Positions 62,095 to 64,000 of a stretch of 64,000 nt of DNA are shown piece by piece. The notes beneath the pieces are model-generated. The model searched no databases. It was given only the letters and a program-made list of their open reading frames with translations, and was not told the DNA's origin. This stretch comes from Paraspadella gotoi (taxonomy: Eukaryota > Animalia > Chaetognatha): positions 14,499,164 through 14,563,163 of the forward strand of contig CM119270.1 of assembly GCA_051294375.1 (NCBI GenBank). The letters are read 5' to 3'. The position numbers and the translations under genes were made by a program. Every line of letters starts with the position of its first letter. Within the stretch, counting starts at the first letter, position 1.

Positions 62095-63141
62095 ATGACC
62101 GGCGTCATCTCCAGCCTCGCGTTGGGAGTTCTCTTCAACCTCTTCTACGTCGTCCTCGTCAGCGTCTGCAGCAACATCTTTCGCGATTCTGTGACCCTAT
62201 CGACGCCAGTGGCCTTCGTCTTCTTGTTCGTCGGAGAGACGCTGTCCACTCTGCCGCTTGTTCCTATCGCCTGGGCCAATTGGACATTGAGGACGCCGCG
62301 ACGTCTGGTGGTCTACGTCTTTCTCGGTCTCCTCATCAACGCCAGCTTTATCGCCTGGCGCGCCGCCGCCAACGCCTTGCCGCTCGGCGTCTTCTCCGCC
62401 CTCGCCGGTTCCGGGATTCTCTACGCGCCGCTGATATCTGCGCTGCTTAATCGACACTGCGTCGGGGTTGTCGATCTCTGCGGCGTCGCCGCTGCGCTGA
62501 TCGGGCTGCTGCTAACGACGCATCCGTCCTTTCTCTTCGAAGCCATCGATCTCGCAGACGAAGACGCCAAGCCCTCACCCGCCTACGCCTACTTACTCGC
62601 CCTCTTCGTCGCTTGGGCCATGACTCTCTACCCTTTCCTCTTTGGAGCCACAGCCGACGAACACTGGTCCAACTTCCTCGTCCTCCGCCTGCTCTGCAGC
62701 GCCGGCGTCGCCGCCGTCTGCTTCGGCGTTGCCGGTGGCGTCGAGGCCTTTGTCTCGGCCACGCCGGCGGCGTCCGGCGCCGTCGTCCTAGTTGGCGGCC
62801 TCTCTACCATCTATCGTCTGGCGCAACAGGTCGGTTGCAAGGAATTTGAGGCGTTCGACCCGGGACACGCGGGGATGTTGGGCAACCTGATCAGCGTCGG
62901 CATCATCCCCACCACGGCGTTGATGGCGGCAGCGTTTTTCGGGGAGACGATGACGAAGCTGGAGACGGTGGGCGTGGTGATCGTCTTCGTCGCCATCGTT
63001 GTCGTCACGGTGGCAAACGGAATGAGGAAGAGGATGGAAGAAGAGGAGGATAAACATGAGAAAGAAAAGGAAATAGAAAAACAAGAGTCGGATGAACAAA
63101 AGATCAAAGAAGAAGATAACAATTGGTTTTATGGAAAATAA
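62095..63141 (+). CDS. DMT-superfamily (EamA-repeat) transporter, SLC35G-like, ~348 aa, single coding exon
   Basis: Long GC-rich ORF with ~10 hydrophobic segments. ALPLGVFSAL...YAPLISALL...GVAAALIGLLLTTHPSFLF and AAAFFGE...VGVVIVFVAIVVV fit the two EamA halves, followed by an acidic C-terminal tail. First ATG is at 62095; a possible acceptor at 62070 could add upstream sequence. Confidence 0.8.
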   Translation: MTGVISSLALGVLFNLFYVVLVSVCSNIFRDSVTLSTPVAFVFLFVGETLSTLPLVPIAWANWTLRTPRRLVVYVFLGLLINASFIAWRAAANALPLGVFSALAGSGILYAPLISALLNRHCVGVVDLCGVAAALIGLLLTTHPSFLFEAIDLADEDAKPSPAYAYLLALFVAWAMTLYPFLFGATADEHWSNFLVLRLLCSAGVAAVCFGVAGGVEAFVSATPAASGAVVLVGGLSTIYRLAQQVGCKEFEAFDPGHAGMLGNLISVGIIPTTALMAAAFFGETMTKLETVGVVIVFVAIVVVTVANGMRKRMEEEEDKHEKEKEIEKQESDEQKIKEEDNNWFYGK

Positions 63142-63492
63142 TTTTGGATTCAGAAGAAAATTTCATTCGTCGCGTGGTAATTTTTCTTATTACTTACTTT
63201 TTTTTATCTGATTACTGCGTAATTTTAAATATTATAATCATTGATTAATCATGGATTCTTCGGAAAATAAAACTTGTAACTCTTTTTTTATTATCATTAA
63301 TTTTAAGTTATTTCCAATCATATTCCAAGCACTTTATCATCCCCGTGTTCCTAACTCTCTTCCTCCCTCTCACCCCAAGAGTTCATTGTCCCTACACCCT
63401 CTCACCCACGTTAAACTCTAATCAGTCTTTTCTCCCTCTCGATTCTTTACTTCGGCCGTGATTTTTGGCTCGCCAGATTTGTTGGTTTGTCC

Positions 63493-63604
<112 letters not shown>

Positions 63605-63694
63605 CTCCTTTCTTTCCCCCCCGGATGAAAGTCCGGTCCGGATCTGATTGGGACGGCGAGTCCGACCCCCGGATCTAATTAGCCCGCGCCTTGT

Positions 63695-63751
63695 TTAGCA
63701 TTCTTTATCGTCCTCGAGGATTTCGGGATCGAATCTCGAGAGATCAAGAGG
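63695..63751 (-). CDS. Possible terminal exon (PLDLSRFDPEILEDDKEC*) of a gene extending past the right edge
   Basis: A long polypyrimidine tract ends CTCTCAG on the - strand, followed by a short non-repetitive frame to a stop codon. Confidence 0.3.
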   Translation of the reverse strand, partial: PLDLSRFDPEILEDDKEC

Positions 63752-64000
63752 CTGAGAGAGAAAAGAGAAGAAAGGAAAAAAAAAAGGACTGAAAATAAAA
63801 AGGAAAAAGGGAAAGAAAAAGGGAAAAAAAGAACGGAGAGAAAGAAAATAAAAAGAAAGGGAGAGAAAAACGAAGGAAGGAAAAGAGCAGAAAGTAAAGA
63901 AATACGAAATGGAACATAAAATGGAAGAAGGAATCACAAAGAATCAGTGAAAAATCTTTTGAAGTGACCGAGTTTGTACTAAGCGCAGAAAAATTCATGA

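Overview
This is AT-rich eukaryotic DNA, most likely from an invertebrate animal (inferred from spliceosomal introns, an XK-family gene, and Penelope-type and gypsy-type retroelement relics). It is a noisy draft assembly with N gaps, indel-rich duplicated segments, and abundant (GA/CT)n and (GAC/GTC)n microsatellites that generate most ORFs in the track. The first ~19 kb is one ~18.5-kb palindrome, probably a fold-back read or gap-filling artefact. Supported genes: (1) a 4-exon, ~856-aa XK-related membrane protein (33462-39179, +); (2) an intronless, GC-rich SLC35G/EamA-type transporter (62095-63141, +); (3) a small secreted-peptide precursor with two coding exons ending -GPGWG* (55555-55090, -). 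The most notable non-coding elements are a tandem LTR-int-LTR-int-LTR miniature retrotransposon whose LTRs each carry a tRNA-like Pol III cassette (59837-60895), and two TSD-flanked Penelope-like insertions carrying minimal hammerhead ribozymes (35360-35772, 54288-54693). In one of these, a second repeat sits exactly at the ribozyme cleavage site. There is also a ~40-bp-phased array of ETS/homeodomain-like composite motifs (26689-27174). All calls were made by eye and no database searches were run.
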